Origin: an uncultured Candidatus Saccharibacteria bacterium
GTDB lineage: Bacteria; Patescibacteriota; Minisyncoccia; Minisyncoccales; CAZJYT01
Assembly (NCBI GenBank): GCA_964552375.1
Contig: CAZKFX010000001.1
Coordinates: forward strand, 3,929 to 67,928
Direction of reading: 5' to 3'
Length of the DNA stretch: 64,000 nt
The notes below the pieces were generated by a model, which did not search any database, was not told the DNA's origin, and saw only the letters and a program-made list of their open reading frames with translations. Shown one piece after another: positions 1 through 9,002 of this stretch. The stretch's first letter is position 1, and each line of letters opens with the position of its first letter. The position numbers and the translations under genes are program-made.

Positions 1-59
1 CTTTTGCCAGTAGAATTTTTCCATCATCAGATAAAATAAGACACTTTTTTCCTAAATTT

Positions 60-2183
60 TTGCATTGGGATGGTTGGTGGAATGAATTTTTAACCTGGTG
101 TACTATTGGTTTTTTTGGAGCTTTCTTTTTAATGCAAGCTAACACTCTTTTTAGACTTCATATTACCGGAAGTTCAATCACAGGAGATGCAGGAATTTTA
201 GGAGATATCATTCTCTACTTTTTGCCTATTTTATTTTTATTAATTGGATTTTTCCTTGCTCTTCAAACCGCCCAGGCAGTAGCAGCTGTAGCAATGTTAG
301 CAGGAGGAGCATTAATGGCAGGAATGGCATTAAAATCATTTGGAAAAAAAATGGCATTGAGGTCAAGTGCAAAAAAGAAAAAATTAGAACAAAAAATGGC
401 AAGAGGAGAATCACTATCAACAAAAGAAAAAGCAGAATTAGCCTTGGCTAAAGTTGGGGAGGCTCCTGCGGTCTTTTATTATGGAATAAGAAAGAGGATA
501 CCCTTTATGAAAAAAGAGACCTGGGGGGATGTAGAAAAAGCACATAGAATGGAAACGAGAAAAGAATTAGAAGGAAAATCTATGGAGAATTTAGCAGAAA
601 CTTATAAAGATAAAACTCAAAGTGAAACTAGAAGACAAGAAGCTGCTTTACATTTAATGAAAAGAGGACGGAAAGGAATTGAAAAATTAAAGGGGGCCGG
701 AGCCACAGATGAAGAAATAGCAAGTTATATGCAAATGGCAGCCAGTGAAGGAAGATGGGAAGACGCTCAATGGTTTGGAACTTTCTTAATAGAAAAGCAT
801 AAAGGAAAGATTGAGGAAGTTAATAAATACTTTGAAGGAATTTTTGATAAAGAAGATAAAGAAAAAATAGCAGCGAGGCTTTCTACTCAAGAAGGAAAAG
901 AAGGAGAGAGGTTAAGAAAATTGGAAGAACACTACAACAACAAAGAAATTGGGGAAGAAGAATACAAAAAGAAAAAAGAAGAAATAGTGAATGAGTATTT
1001 AAAAGAGCATGCTAGTGAGGAATTTTTAGGAATTCTTTCGCCAGAAATATTGGCTTCTGGAATTACTATAACTACTGCCCAACAAAAGGAATTAGCTGAA
1101 GCTCTGGCTAAAATAGATTCTCCTTTGCATGTCCAGGCTCTTGCTAGTCAATTTGGAACCGCATTTACTCATAATTTGCAACAGTATTTAGAAGAACACG
1201 TTGATGAAGTTGGAAAAAATCTAAATACTTATCTTAGAAGCACTCCTGCCCAAGCCTTAGGTTTAAGGCTACCTCAAAAACTTCAAGAATTAGAAGCTTC
1301 AATTGATATGCGATTAGAAAGAGCAATAGAAGAAAAAGAAAATGCTTTACAAGCATTAGTCGTTACAAAAAGAGAGTTATCTTCAATCCAAGATCCGGCA
1401 AGAAAAAGAGAACTTCAAGCTAAAATAAAAGAGCTTGAAAAAACTTATGGCACCGAAGAAGAGATTCAAAAACAGATAAAAGCATTAACTGCTACTCGAG
1501 TCAATTTACACAAAATGAGCGGAAGAGAACTAATAGATTTAGGAAAGTTGCACGGTGTAGAAATAGAATTACCAAAAGAGGAAGAAGAAAAAGTAACAAT
1601 AAAAGGAGGAGAGGAAACAAAAAGACAACCTTCTTCAACTTCTTTCACTCCAACTCCTCCAGTTTCTCCTCCGCCTTCATCTGAAGAAAGAACACCTCCT
1701 CCAACTAAACCGGCACCAAGACCAACTACTACTCAAAGAATTAAAGAAATAGAAAAAGAGATAAAAGAGTTAGAAAGGGTAAAAAGCCAAATTAAAAGAT
1801 TACAAGACGAAAAAGAGGCTGTTTTAAGAGCTCCTCACATTTCACCTGAAGATAAGAAAAAAAGAAAAATGAAATTGGATGCTCAGATTTCTAAAATTTT
1901 AAAACCAACTGGAATTGAAAAACCAGAAGATTTGGAGGGAAAAATAAAAGAAATGGAAGAAAAAAGACAAAAGCTGATTGAGAGGGAAATAGAAATAAGA
2001 AATAAAATAAAGGAAATGAAAGATTTATCTTCATTAGATATCCAAAAAGAAATAGACAAAATAGAAAAAGAGCTAAGTGAAACATCAGAAAGAGAAATTG
2101 AAAAAAGAGAAAGATTAAAAGAGTTAAAAGAGAGATTAAAAGAACTAAAAGAAAGAAAAGAAAGAGTAGAAAGGCAAGCTTAA
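60..2183 (+). CDS. Membrane-anchored coiled-coil protein (2-3 N-terminal TM helices, long K/E-rich coiled coil, Pro/Thr-rich linker). TTG start as called by the ORF track; frame stays open to the window edge, so may be 5'-partial
   Basis: Hydrophobic N-terminus (ILYFLPILFLLIGFFLAL, AAVAMLAGGALMAGMAL); heptad-like K/E-rich body; PTPPVSPPPSSEERTPPPTKPAPRPTTT linker; no in-frame stop between nt 3 and 60. Confidence 0.5.
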   Translation: MHWDGWWNEFLTWCTIGFFGAFFLMQANTLFRLHITGSSITGDAGILGDIILYFLPILFLLIGFFLALQTAQAVAAVAMLAGGALMAGMALKSFGKKMALRSSAKKKKLEQKMARGESLSTKEKAELALAKVGEAPAVFYYGIRKRIPFMKKETWGDVEKAHRMETRKELEGKSMENLAETYKDKTQSETRRQEAALHLMKRGRKGIEKLKGAGATDEEIASYMQMAASEGRWEDAQWFGTFLIEKHKGKIEEVNKYFEGIFDKEDKEKIAARLSTQEGKEGERLRKLEEHYNNKEIGEEEYKKKKEEIVNEYLKEHASEEFLGILSPEILASGITITTAQQKELAEALAKIDSPLHVQALASQFGTAFTHNLQQYLEEHVDEVGKNLNTYLRSTPAQALGLRLPQKLQELEASIDMRLERAIEEKENALQALVVTKRELSSIQDPARKRELQAKIKELEKTYGTEEEIQKQIKALTATRVNLHKMSGRELIDLGKLHGVEIELPKEEEEKVTIKGGEETKRQPSSTSFTPTPPVSPPPSSEERTPPPTKPAPRPTTTQRIKEIEKEIKELERVKSQIKRLQDEKEAVLRAPHISPEDKKKRKMKLDAQISKILKPTGIEKPEDLEGKIKEMEEKRQKLIEREIEIRNKIKEMKDLSSLDIQKEIDKIEKELSETSEREIEKRERLKELKERLKELKERKERVERQA

Positions 2184-2244
2184 AAGTTTAAAAAAAATTG
2201 GTGAGATTTGATTTTTTCTCTAAAAAAAGCTATTTTTATATAGT

Positions 2245-2634
2245 ATGAGAAAATATACGCCAGAAGATGCCTGGAGAGCTTATGAACAATTGCCCCAAGA
2301 GATAAAGAAAGTAATTTTTTCGGTAGATACCTCCGAGACAATTGAAAAAATTTGTGTTAGAAATAATATAAAAAGAGAAAAAAGCTCTTTGTTAGCAGAA
2401 CAAATAGGATATGTCTTGTTGGGGCTTTTTCCACCAGAGGAATTTAAAGAATGGCTTTATGAAGAATTTGGAAAAGAAAAGGGAAAGTTAATTTCACATG
2501 ATATTTTTAGGTTTATTTTTTTCCCGATAAAAAATGAACTAGAGGAAATTTATAAAACAGAAGTAATTAGTTTGCCAAAAGCTAAAATTTCTCCTCCCCC
2601 AAAAAGAGATATTTATAGAGAACCGATAGAATAA
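2245..2634 (+). CDS. Hypothetical protein
   Basis: Intact ORF in operon context upstream of T4SS-like genes; no recognisable motif. Confidence 0.3.
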   Translation: MRKYTPEDAWRAYEQLPQEIKKVIFSVDTSETIEKICVRNNIKREKSSLLAEQIGYVLLGLFPPEEFKEWLYEEFGKEKGKLISHDIFRFIFFPIKNELEEIYKTEVISLPKAKISPPPKRDIYREPIE

Positions 2635-2636
2635 AA

Positions 2637-3053
2637 ATGCCCTTTATTGTTCCTAAGTTTATTGAAAAAGAAGCAAAAATTGTAGGTCCTTTGACTTTCA
2701 GACAATTTGGCTTTTTCCTTTTTGCGGGTGTCATTGCTTTTTTCTTGTATTTTACAATTGGCAAAAAAAATCTTCCTTTGTTTTTGATAATTATAGGACC
2801 AGTAATAGCTATAGCAATGATTTTTGCATTTGGAAAGGTAGAAGGGAGAGATTTTCCAGTTTTTTTAAAAAATTTTTTGTCCCACCAACAATCTCCAAAA
2901 ATGTTTTATTTTCAAAAAAAGACAATAGCTCCTGAAATTTTGCATTTTAAAATTAAAAAAGGAGAAGAAGAAAAAAAAGAAATGGAGCCTGCAAAAGGTT
3001 TTACAAAAACAAGTTTGCAAAAAATGTTTGTTGAAATTGAAACCAAAAAATAG
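2637..3053 (+). CDS. VirB3/PrgI-like small two-TM protein (T4SS inner-membrane component candidate)
   Basis: N-terminal ...KIVGPLTFRQFGFFLFAGVIAFFLYF.. plus a second TM helix; sits immediately upstream of the VirB4 homologue, as in Gram-positive type-IV systems. Confidence 0.45.
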   Translation: MPFIVPKFIEKEAKIVGPLTFRQFGFFLFAGVIAFFLYFTIGKKNLPLFLIIIGPVIAIAMIFAFGKVEGRDFPVFLKNFLSHQQSPKMFYFQKKTIAPEILHFKIKKGEEEKKEMEPAKGFTKTSLQKMFVEIETKK

Positions 3054-3059
3054 CATTTT

Positions 3060-3689
3060 ATGGCAAAAGCTCCCAGTCAGCAATTTTTAGAGATAAAACA
3101 AATTAGAGATGGAGTGATGATATTGAAAGACGGAAGTTTAAGAAAGATTTTGGCTGTTTCTTCTTTAAATTTGGCAGTGAAGTCTAAAGAAGAACAAGAA
3201 GCCATTTTTTATCAATTTCAAAATTTCTTAAATTCTTTAGATTTTTTCTGTCAAATAATTGTTCAATCTCAAAGATTAAATATTACAGGATATCTAGAAG
3301 AATTAGAAAAATTAGAACAAAAACAACCAAATGAACTTTTAAAATTCCAAACTAGAAATTATCGCCAGTTTATCCAAAAATTAGTAGCTACAGGAACGAT
3401 TATGAATAAAAATTTCTTTTTGGTAGTTCCCTTTTATATGTCAGAACTTAAAGAAGTAATTCCCTCAAAAAAGGCAGGCAAAGGAGAGATGGCAGAACTT
3501 AAATTTCAATTGGCAAAAAATCAACTTGAACAAAGAGCTGAATTTTTAATATTAGGTTTAAGGAGGTGTGGTTTAAATGCAGCTCCCCTAAATAGTGAGC
3601 AATTAATTGAGCTTTTGTGGAATTTTTATCATCCAAAAGAAGCAGAAATGGGATATTATCCTTCTATTCCTTCTGAAATAATAAAATAA
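3060..3689 (+). CDS. VirB4/TraC-family protein, N-terminal domain (separate ORF)
   Basis: IRDGVMILKDGSLRKILAVSSLNLAVKSKEEQEAIFYQFQNFLNSL resembles the N-terminal region of PrgJ/TcpF/VirB4 proteins; ends TAA at 3687-3689, 1 nt before the ATG of the ATPase ORF. Confidence 0.5.
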   Translation: MAKAPSQQFLEIKQIRDGVMILKDGSLRKILAVSSLNLAVKSKEEQEAIFYQFQNFLNSLDFFCQIIVQSQRLNITGYLEELEKLEQKQPNELLKFQTRNYRQFIQKLVATGTIMNKNFFLVVPFYMSELKEVIPSKKAGKGEMAELKFQLAKNQLEQRAEFLILGLRRCGLNAAPLNSEQLIELLWNFYHPKEAEMGYYPSIPSEIIK

Positions 3690-3690
3690 A

Positions 3691-5538
3691 ATGAAGCTTC
3701 AAATTGCTAAAATTTTAAATAAATTTTTAAAAAGGAAAAAGCAAGCAAAAAAGTTAACTCTTCCTGTAGGAAAAGAGGAAGAATTAAAATTAGCAGATTT
3801 TATTGCCCCTCCCTCAGTTAAAATATTCCCAAATTATATCCAATTAGGAGAAAGATTAGCTAAAAGTTATTTTGTCTTTTCTTATCCTCGTTATTTAACT
3901 GCTGCCTGGGTCGCTCCTGTTATAAATTTAGATGTTCCTCTTTTAATGTCTTTTTTTATTCATCCTACCGATACAGGCTATATTTTAAAGAAACTCCAAA
4001 AAAGACTTACTGAAGTTCAGGCAGAAATTGCAGAAAGAGAAGAAAAAGGATTAATTAGAGATCCAACTTTGGAGACAGCTTATAAAGACATTGAGGAATT
4101 AAGAGATAAACTTCAGACAGGGCAAGAGAGAATGTTTAGATTTGGTCTTTATTTGACTGCTTTTGGAGATAGTGAAAGAGAATTAAAAGAGGTTGAAACT
4201 ACTTTAAGATCAATCTTGGAAGCAAAATTAGTCTACATTAAACCTTGTCTTTATCAGCAAAAACAAGGACTTCACTCTTGTTTTCCTTACGGTTTAGATC
4301 AATTAATGACTCATCATTTAATGAATACTTCTACCCTTTCAAGTATTTTTCCTTTTGTCTCTTTTGATTTAAGTGCAAATGAAGGAATTCTCTATGGGAT
4401 TAATCAACACAACAAATCTTTGGTTTTATTCAATAGATTTAGTTTAGAAAATGCTAATATGGTTGTCTTTGCAAAATCAGGTTCTGGTAAAAGTTATGCT
4501 GTCAAATTAGAAACCTTAAGACTGTTAATGACTGGTGTAGAAGTAATTATTATTGATCCTGAAAATGAATATAAACCCTTAGCAGAAGCTGTTGGAGGTT
4601 CTTTTATTAATATTTCTCTAAGTTCTCCCCATCATATTAATCCTTTTGATTTGCCAGAAAAATTAAGGCCAGATGAAAACCCAGAAGATGTTTTGCGTTC
4701 AAATATTATTAATCTGGTAGGTTTGATGCGTTTAATGTTAGGTGGATTAACCCCTGAAGAAGATGCAATAATGGATAGGGCTTTAACTGAGACTTATGCT
4801 GCAAAAGATATTACTCCAGAAACCAATCCTTCAACCTGGAAAGATAATACTCCCTTAATGGAGGATTTAGAAAGTGTTTTAGAAGGAATGGAGGGGGCAG
4901 AATCAATTTTGAAAAGATTGAGAAAATTCACCAAAGGAACTTATGCTCAATTTTTCAACCAACCTACTAATGTATCTTTGGATAAACCATTAATAGTCTT
5001 TGGAATTAGAGATTTAGAAGATGAATTAAGACCAATGGCAATGTTTATAATTATGAGATACATTTGGAATAAAGTAAGATCAGAACTTAAAAAAAGAATT
5101 TTGGTAGTAGATGAAGCCTGGTGGTTAATGCAATACGAAGACTCAGCTTCATTTTTGTTTGGATTGTGTAAAAGAGGAAGAAAATATGGACTGGGTGTCA
5201 CCACCATTACCCAAGATGTTAATGATTTTATGAAATCTACTTATGGCCAACCAATTATTACTAACTCAGCCTTGCAATTTTTAATGAAACAATCTCCAGC
5301 AACTATTGATGTAGTTCAAAAAGTTTTCAATCTAACTGAAGAAGAAAAGCATTTGCTTTTGGGAGCAGCAGTTGGAGAAGGTCTCTTTTTTGCAGGACCA
5401 AAACATGTTTTTTTAAGAGTAGAGGCTTCCTATGCAGAACATCAAATTATTACAACTTCTCCTGAAGAACTCAAAAAAATTAGAGAGAGAAAAGAAAAAA
5501 TGGAAAAATTAAAAAAAGAAGGAGAGAGAGAAATTTAA
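3691..5538 (+). CDS. virB4: VirB4/TraC/TrbE-family conjugal-transfer-type ATPase (ATPase domain)
   Basis: Walker A FAKSGSGKSYAVK; IIDPENEY; Walker B VVDEAWW; overall VirB4 layout. Confidence 0.8.
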   Translation: MKLQIAKILNKFLKRKKQAKKLTLPVGKEEELKLADFIAPPSVKIFPNYIQLGERLAKSYFVFSYPRYLTAAWVAPVINLDVPLLMSFFIHPTDTGYILKKLQKRLTEVQAEIAEREEKGLIRDPTLETAYKDIEELRDKLQTGQERMFRFGLYLTAFGDSERELKEVETTLRSILEAKLVYIKPCLYQQKQGLHSCFPYGLDQLMTHHLMNTSTLSSIFPFVSFDLSANEGILYGINQHNKSLVLFNRFSLENANMVVFAKSGSGKSYAVKLETLRLLMTGVEVIIIDPENEYKPLAEAVGGSFINISLSSPHHINPFDLPEKLRPDENPEDVLRSNIINLVGLMRLMLGGLTPEEDAIMDRALTETYAAKDITPETNPSTWKDNTPLMEDLESVLEGMEGAESILKRLRKFTKGTYAQFFNQPTNVSLDKPLIVFGIRDLEDELRPMAMFIIMRYIWNKVRSELKKRILVVDEAWWLMQYEDSASFLFGLCKRGRKYGLGVTTITQDVNDFMKSTYGQPIITNSALQFLMKQSPATIDVVQKVFNLTEEEKHLLLGAAVGEGLFFAGPKHVFLRVEASYAEHQIITTSPEELKKIRERKEKMEKLKKEGEREI

Positions 5539-6251
5539 TTTGTTTTGAAAATCAATTTTTGTTGAAAAATAGAAAAAAGAGTGCTTGATAACCAATACAA
5601 AGAAAGGGCGCAAGGCAGTTTTAGTAAAACTAAAAGAGTAAAAAGAGGAAAAAGAATAATCATTTCTTTTTGAAAAATATCTAAAATTTTACTCATTTGA
5701 TCTTTCTTTTGTTGAGAAAAAGAAAAAGGCTGCATTTTAAATTGAATAAACTGAAAAGCAGTTGCCAAAAAAGCTAAAAAGAAAGCTGGCCAATAATATT
5801 GTATTGTCTGAGGGTCTTTTTGAATAAAAAATGAAAGTGAAAGATTTATTTTTCCTAAAAATAATGGCTCAAAATCAAAAGATTGAACTCCTTCCCAAAA
5901 CAATCTAAACAAAGCTAAAAAAATAGGAATTTGCAAAATAGAAAAAAGACAACCTGAAAAAGGATTAAATTTTTCTTTTTTGTAAAGCTCTAAAATAGCT
6001 TTCATTTGTTTTTCTTTGTCTTCTTTGTGTTTTTCTTGAATTTCTTTTACTTTAGATTGAATTTGAGATAAACTCTTTTGAGATTTTATTGCCTTAAAAG
6101 AAAGAGGGGAAAGAATTAATTTAATTAAAATTGTAAAAATTAAAAGAGCTATTCCGAAATCTTTAATGGGGAGAATTTGATAAAGAAAAATTAAGGCCTT
6201 TAAAAGAGGAAAATAGAAAAAATCAATGATGGGATTGTGTAAAAAATTCAT
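5535..6251 (-). CDS. yidC: Membrane protein insertase YidC (short form)
   Basis: KEKFNPFSGCLFSILQIPIFLALF matches the YidC NP..GCLP.L.Q.PIF.AL signature; downstream of yidD-rnpA-rpmH. Confidence 0.85.
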   Translation of the reverse strand: MNFLHNPIIDFFYFPLLKALIFLYQILPIKDFGIALLIFTILIKLILSPLSFKAIKSQKSLSQIQSKVKEIQEKHKEDKEKQMKAILELYKKEKFNPFSGCLFSILQIPIFLALFRLFWEGVQSFDFEPLFLGKINLSLSFFIQKDPQTIQYYWPAFFLAFLATAFQFIQFKMQPFSFSQQKKDQMSKILDIFQKEMIILFPLFTLLVLLKLPCALSLYWLSSTLFSIFQQKLIFKTN

Positions 6252-6257
6252 AAAATT

Positions 6258-6467
6258 TTAAGGAAAATCTATTCCTCCAGGATGCCACAAAAAACATTTT
6301 TTTATTCTTTTTATAGTCTTTAAAACTCCTTTTAAAACCCCGTATTTTTTAATAGCTAAAAAAGAATATTCTGAACAAGAAGGAAAAAATCTACAGTTTT
6401 TCCCCAAAAAAGGAGAAATAAAAATTTGATAAAATCTAATTGCCTTCAAAATTAATTCTTGAAGCAT
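6258..6467 (-). CDS. yidD: Membrane protein insertion efficiency factor YidD
   Basis: CRFFPSCSEY ... HPGGIDFP signature. Confidence 0.85.
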   Translation of the reverse strand: MLQELILKAIRFYQIFISPFLGKNCRFFPSCSEYSFLAIKKYGVLKGVLKTIKRIKKCFLWHPGGIDFP

Positions 6468-6796
6468 TTTGTTTTTTGAAAGAGTTTTTGAATTGTCTTT
6501 TCAATCTCTCTAAATTTTAATTTTTCAATCCCAGGTAAAGCTATAAAAATTCCTTTCAGGCCTGGTTTTAATAAATCAAGTTTTAATCTTACTATCTCTG
6601 CCATTTGTCTTTTTAGTCTATTCCTTATTGTCGCTTTTTTTGAAACTTTTTTTGAAATTAAAAAAGCAAATTGACAAATACTATTTTTTGTTTCCAAAAA
6701 CCTAAAAAATAAAAAATCTTCTTTGGCCTTTTTTCCTTCTTTAAATATTCTCTCAAAATCTTTCCTCTTTGAGAGCCGGTTTTTTTTAGCCAACAT
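6452..6796 (-). CDS. rnpA: RNase P protein component
   Basis: N-terminal KKNRLSKRKDFERIFKEGKK; sits between rpmH and yidD. Confidence 0.8.
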   Translation of the reverse strand: MLAKKNRLSKRKDFERIFKEGKKAKEDFLFFRFLETKNSICQFAFLISKKVSKKATIRNRLKRQMAEIVRLKLDLLKPGLKGIFIALPGIEKLKFREIEKTIQKLFQKTKCFKN

Positions 6797-6802
6797 TAAA
6801 AT

Positions 6803-6937
6803 TTATACTGTAAGTCTCCATCTTCCCTTTGCTCTCCTCCTAGCCAAAATTCTCCTTCCAGCCTTTGTTTTCATTCTCTTTCTAAAACCATGGGTCCTCT
6901 TTCTCTTTTTTACTTTTGGACGATATGTGATTGACAT
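6803..6937 (-). CDS. rpmH: 50S ribosomal protein L34 (ORF-track start trimmed to the internal Met)
   Basis: [44 protein letters not shown] matches the L34 consensus; ATG at 6937-6935 (minus strand). Confidence 0.85.
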   Translation of the reverse strand: MSITYRPKVKKRKRTHGFRKRMKTKAGRRILARRRAKGRWRLTV

Positions 6938-6960
6938 ATGTGAGATTATAACAAAAAAAG

Positions 6961-7001
6961 TTTTCCCCAACAATCCCCAAGTTTTCCCCAAAATATCCAC
7001 A
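6961..7001. promoter_or_regulatory. Cluster of DnaA-box-like 9-mers in the rpmH/dnaA divergent intergenic region (oriC/dnaA-promoter candidate)
   Basis: ATATCCACA at 6993-7001 (1 mismatch to TTATCCACA); TTTTCCCCA at 6961-6969 and 6982-6990. Confidence 0.3.
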
Positions 7002-7080
7002 AAAATAAAGAGGTAGGGGAGTTGTAGAGTTTTAAAATTAAAAGTATAATAGAAATTGAGATTTAAAATTACCTCTCATT

Positions 7081-8427
7081 ATGAATGAAAAAGAGCTCTG
7101 GGAAGCAGTTTTGGCCCAAATTCAATTGCAAATTTCCCAGGCCAATTTTACTACTTGGTTCAAAGGGACAAGAATTATTGCTAAAAAAGAAAATGAAGTT
7201 TTAATTTCTACTCCTAACACCTTTGTTAAAGAATGGTTAGAACAAAAATATAAACATCTCATTTTCAAAATCATAAGTGGTTTTGAGCCTAAAATAAAAG
7301 AAATTAAATTTTTAATTGGAAAACAAAATTTAAAACCCAGCTTTTGGCAAGAAAGAGAAGAACAAAAACAACAATTAGAATTTGAACAACTAAAGGTAGA
7401 TAGTGAAACAAATCTTAATCCAAGATACACTTTTAAAAACTTTGTAGTAGGTAGCTTTAATGAATTAGCTTTTGCAGCAAGTCAGGCGGTAATAAAAAAT
7501 CCAGGAGTTCTTTACAATCCATTATTCATTTATGGAGGCGTAGGATTAGGAAAAACTCATCTTTTAGAAGCAACAGGTAATGAAATTGTTAAATTGTATC
7601 CTAAAAAGAAGGTAAAATATGTTCCTGCTGAAAGATTCATTAGAGAAGTTGTTGAGGGAATTAAAAATCAAAAAATAGAAGATTTCAAATTAAAATATCA
7701 AAAAGTTGATGTCTTAATTATTGATGATGTTCAATTTTTAGCAGGGAAAGAAAAAACCCAAGAAGAATTTTTCCATTTGTTCAATAGTTTGTACCAAAAA
7801 AACAAACAAATTATTCTTTCCTCTGATAGACCTCCTAAAATAATTCCTTCTTTGACAGAAAGATTAAGATCAAGATTTGAAGGAGGAATGATTGGAGATA
7901 TTTCTTTACCAGATTTTGAAACAAGGGTAGCTATTTTAAAAGTGAAAGCTCAAGAAAAAAATGTAGAGTTTTCAGAAGAAGTTTACAATTTTATTGCTCA
8001 ATCCTTTAAAAGAAATATTAGAGATTTAGAAGGAGCTTTAAACAGATTAATTGTTTATTATAAATTAAACAACAAAGTTCCTGATTTATCTATTACAAAA
8101 AAACTTTTAAAGAAAGTAATTTTGGGAGCTAATCAATGGACTACCCCTAACAAAATTATCTCTACTGTTGCCGAGTTTTATGACCTAACCCAAAAAGATT
8201 TGTTAAGCTCTTCTAGAAAAAAAGAAATCACAAAACCTCGCCAAATCGCAATGTATCTTTTAAAAACCGAATTGAAGAGTTCTTATTTATCTATTGCTAG
8301 GAAATTGGGAGGAAAAGATCATTCAACAGTAATTTATGCTTGTGAAAAAATTGCAAAACAATTGGAAAAAGATAAAAAATTAGAAGAGGAAATTGAGTTG
8401 ATAAAACAAAGAATATATAGTGGATAA
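7081..8427 (+). CDS. dnaA: Chromosomal replication initiator DnaA
   Basis: AAA+ GGVGLGKTHLL; DnaA domain IV; divergent from rpmH-rnpA. Confidence 0.95.
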   Translation: MNEKELWEAVLAQIQLQISQANFTTWFKGTRIIAKKENEVLISTPNTFVKEWLEQKYKHLIFKIISGFEPKIKEIKFLIGKQNLKPSFWQEREEQKQQLEFEQLKVDSETNLNPRYTFKNFVVGSFNELAFAASQAVIKNPGVLYNPLFIYGGVGLGKTHLLEATGNEIVKLYPKKKVKYVPAERFIREVVEGIKNQKIEDFKLKYQKVDVLIIDDVQFLAGKEKTQEEFFHLFNSLYQKNKQIILSSDRPPKIIPSLTERLRSRFEGGMIGDISLPDFETRVAILKVKAQEKNVEFSEEVYNFIAQSFKRNIRDLEGALNRLIVYYKLNNKVPDLSITKKLLKKVILGANQWTTPNKIISTVAEFYDLTQKDLLSSSRKKEITKPRQIAMYLLKTELKSSYLSIARKLGGKDHSTVIYACEKIAKQLEKDKKLEEEIELIKQRIYSG

Positions 8428-8576
8428 ATTGAAGAAAATTTTTCTTTTTAAAAAATAATAAAGTTTTTTTAACACTTTTTTACAACTTTTCCTTTAATTT
8501 TCCACAAATTTTAAATTCAAAAAGATGATAAAATATATAATAACAATAAAATTTTTAAATTAAATTACAATTAAAC
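8428..8576. promoter_or_regulatory. AT-rich dnaA-downstream intergenic region with one DnaA-box-like motif (alternative oriC/DUE candidate)
   Basis: TTTTCCACA at 8498-8506; extremely AT-rich run aaatttttaaattaaattacaattaaac. Confidence 0.25.
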
Positions 8577-9002
8577 ATGGGGGGTGAAACTATTTTTCAA
8601 TTATTTTTAGCTACTATTTTAGGAGCTTTAATCGGTTTAGAAAGAGAATGGAAAAAGAAAGAAGCTGGAATTCAAACTTACAGTTTAGTAACTTTAGGAG
8701 CTTGTTTGTTTACTGTTTTGGTTTTTTCTTTTTCTTTAAATAATCCTTTAATAAAGGTTGATATTTCCAGAGTAATCCAGGCTGTGGCTGTTGGAATGGG
8801 TTTTATTGGAGCTGGAACTATTATTTTTTACCAAGATAAGATAAAAGGTTTAACTACGGCTGCAGGATTATGGACAAGTTCAGGAATTGGAATTAGTATT
8901 GGAGCAAAATACTATTTATTAGGAATTGTAAGTACAGGTATAGTTTTGTTAATTTTTACTGTTTTTGGAGTTTTAGAAAGAAAAATAGTAAAAAGTGAAT
9001 AG
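8577..9002 (+). CDS. MgtC/SapB-family membrane protein
   Basis: ILGALIGLEREWKKKEAGIQTYSLVTLGACLF is the MgtC-family signature. Confidence 0.7.
   Translation: MGGETIFQLFLATILGALIGLEREWKKKEAGIQTYSLVTLGACLFTVLVFSFSLNNPLIKVDISRVIQAVAVGMGFIGAGTIIFYQDKIKGLTTAAGLWTSSGIGISIGAKYYLLGIVSTGIVLLIFTVFGVLERKIVKSE

Noticed and set aside
226-2085. Minus-strand ORFs 226-423, 1466-1648 and 1891-2085 inside the 707-aa coiled-coil gene
   Set aside because: Antisense to a long, well-supported ORF. Low-complexity Leu/Phe-rich translations typical of the reverse complement of K/E-rich coding sequence.
2100-2165. Short tandem DNA repeat (agattaaaagag/aactaaaagaa) at the 3' end of the coiled-coil gene
   Set aside because: Simply encodes the RLKELKE heptad repeats of the coiled coil. 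Not an independent element.
6723-7430. ORFs 6723-7016 (+), 6803-7000 (- full length) and 7122-7430 (-)
   Set aside because: 6723-7016 is antisense to rnpA/rpmH. The 65-aa minus ORF is rpmH with an over-extended 5' end (trimmed to 6937). 7122-7430 is antisense to dnaA.
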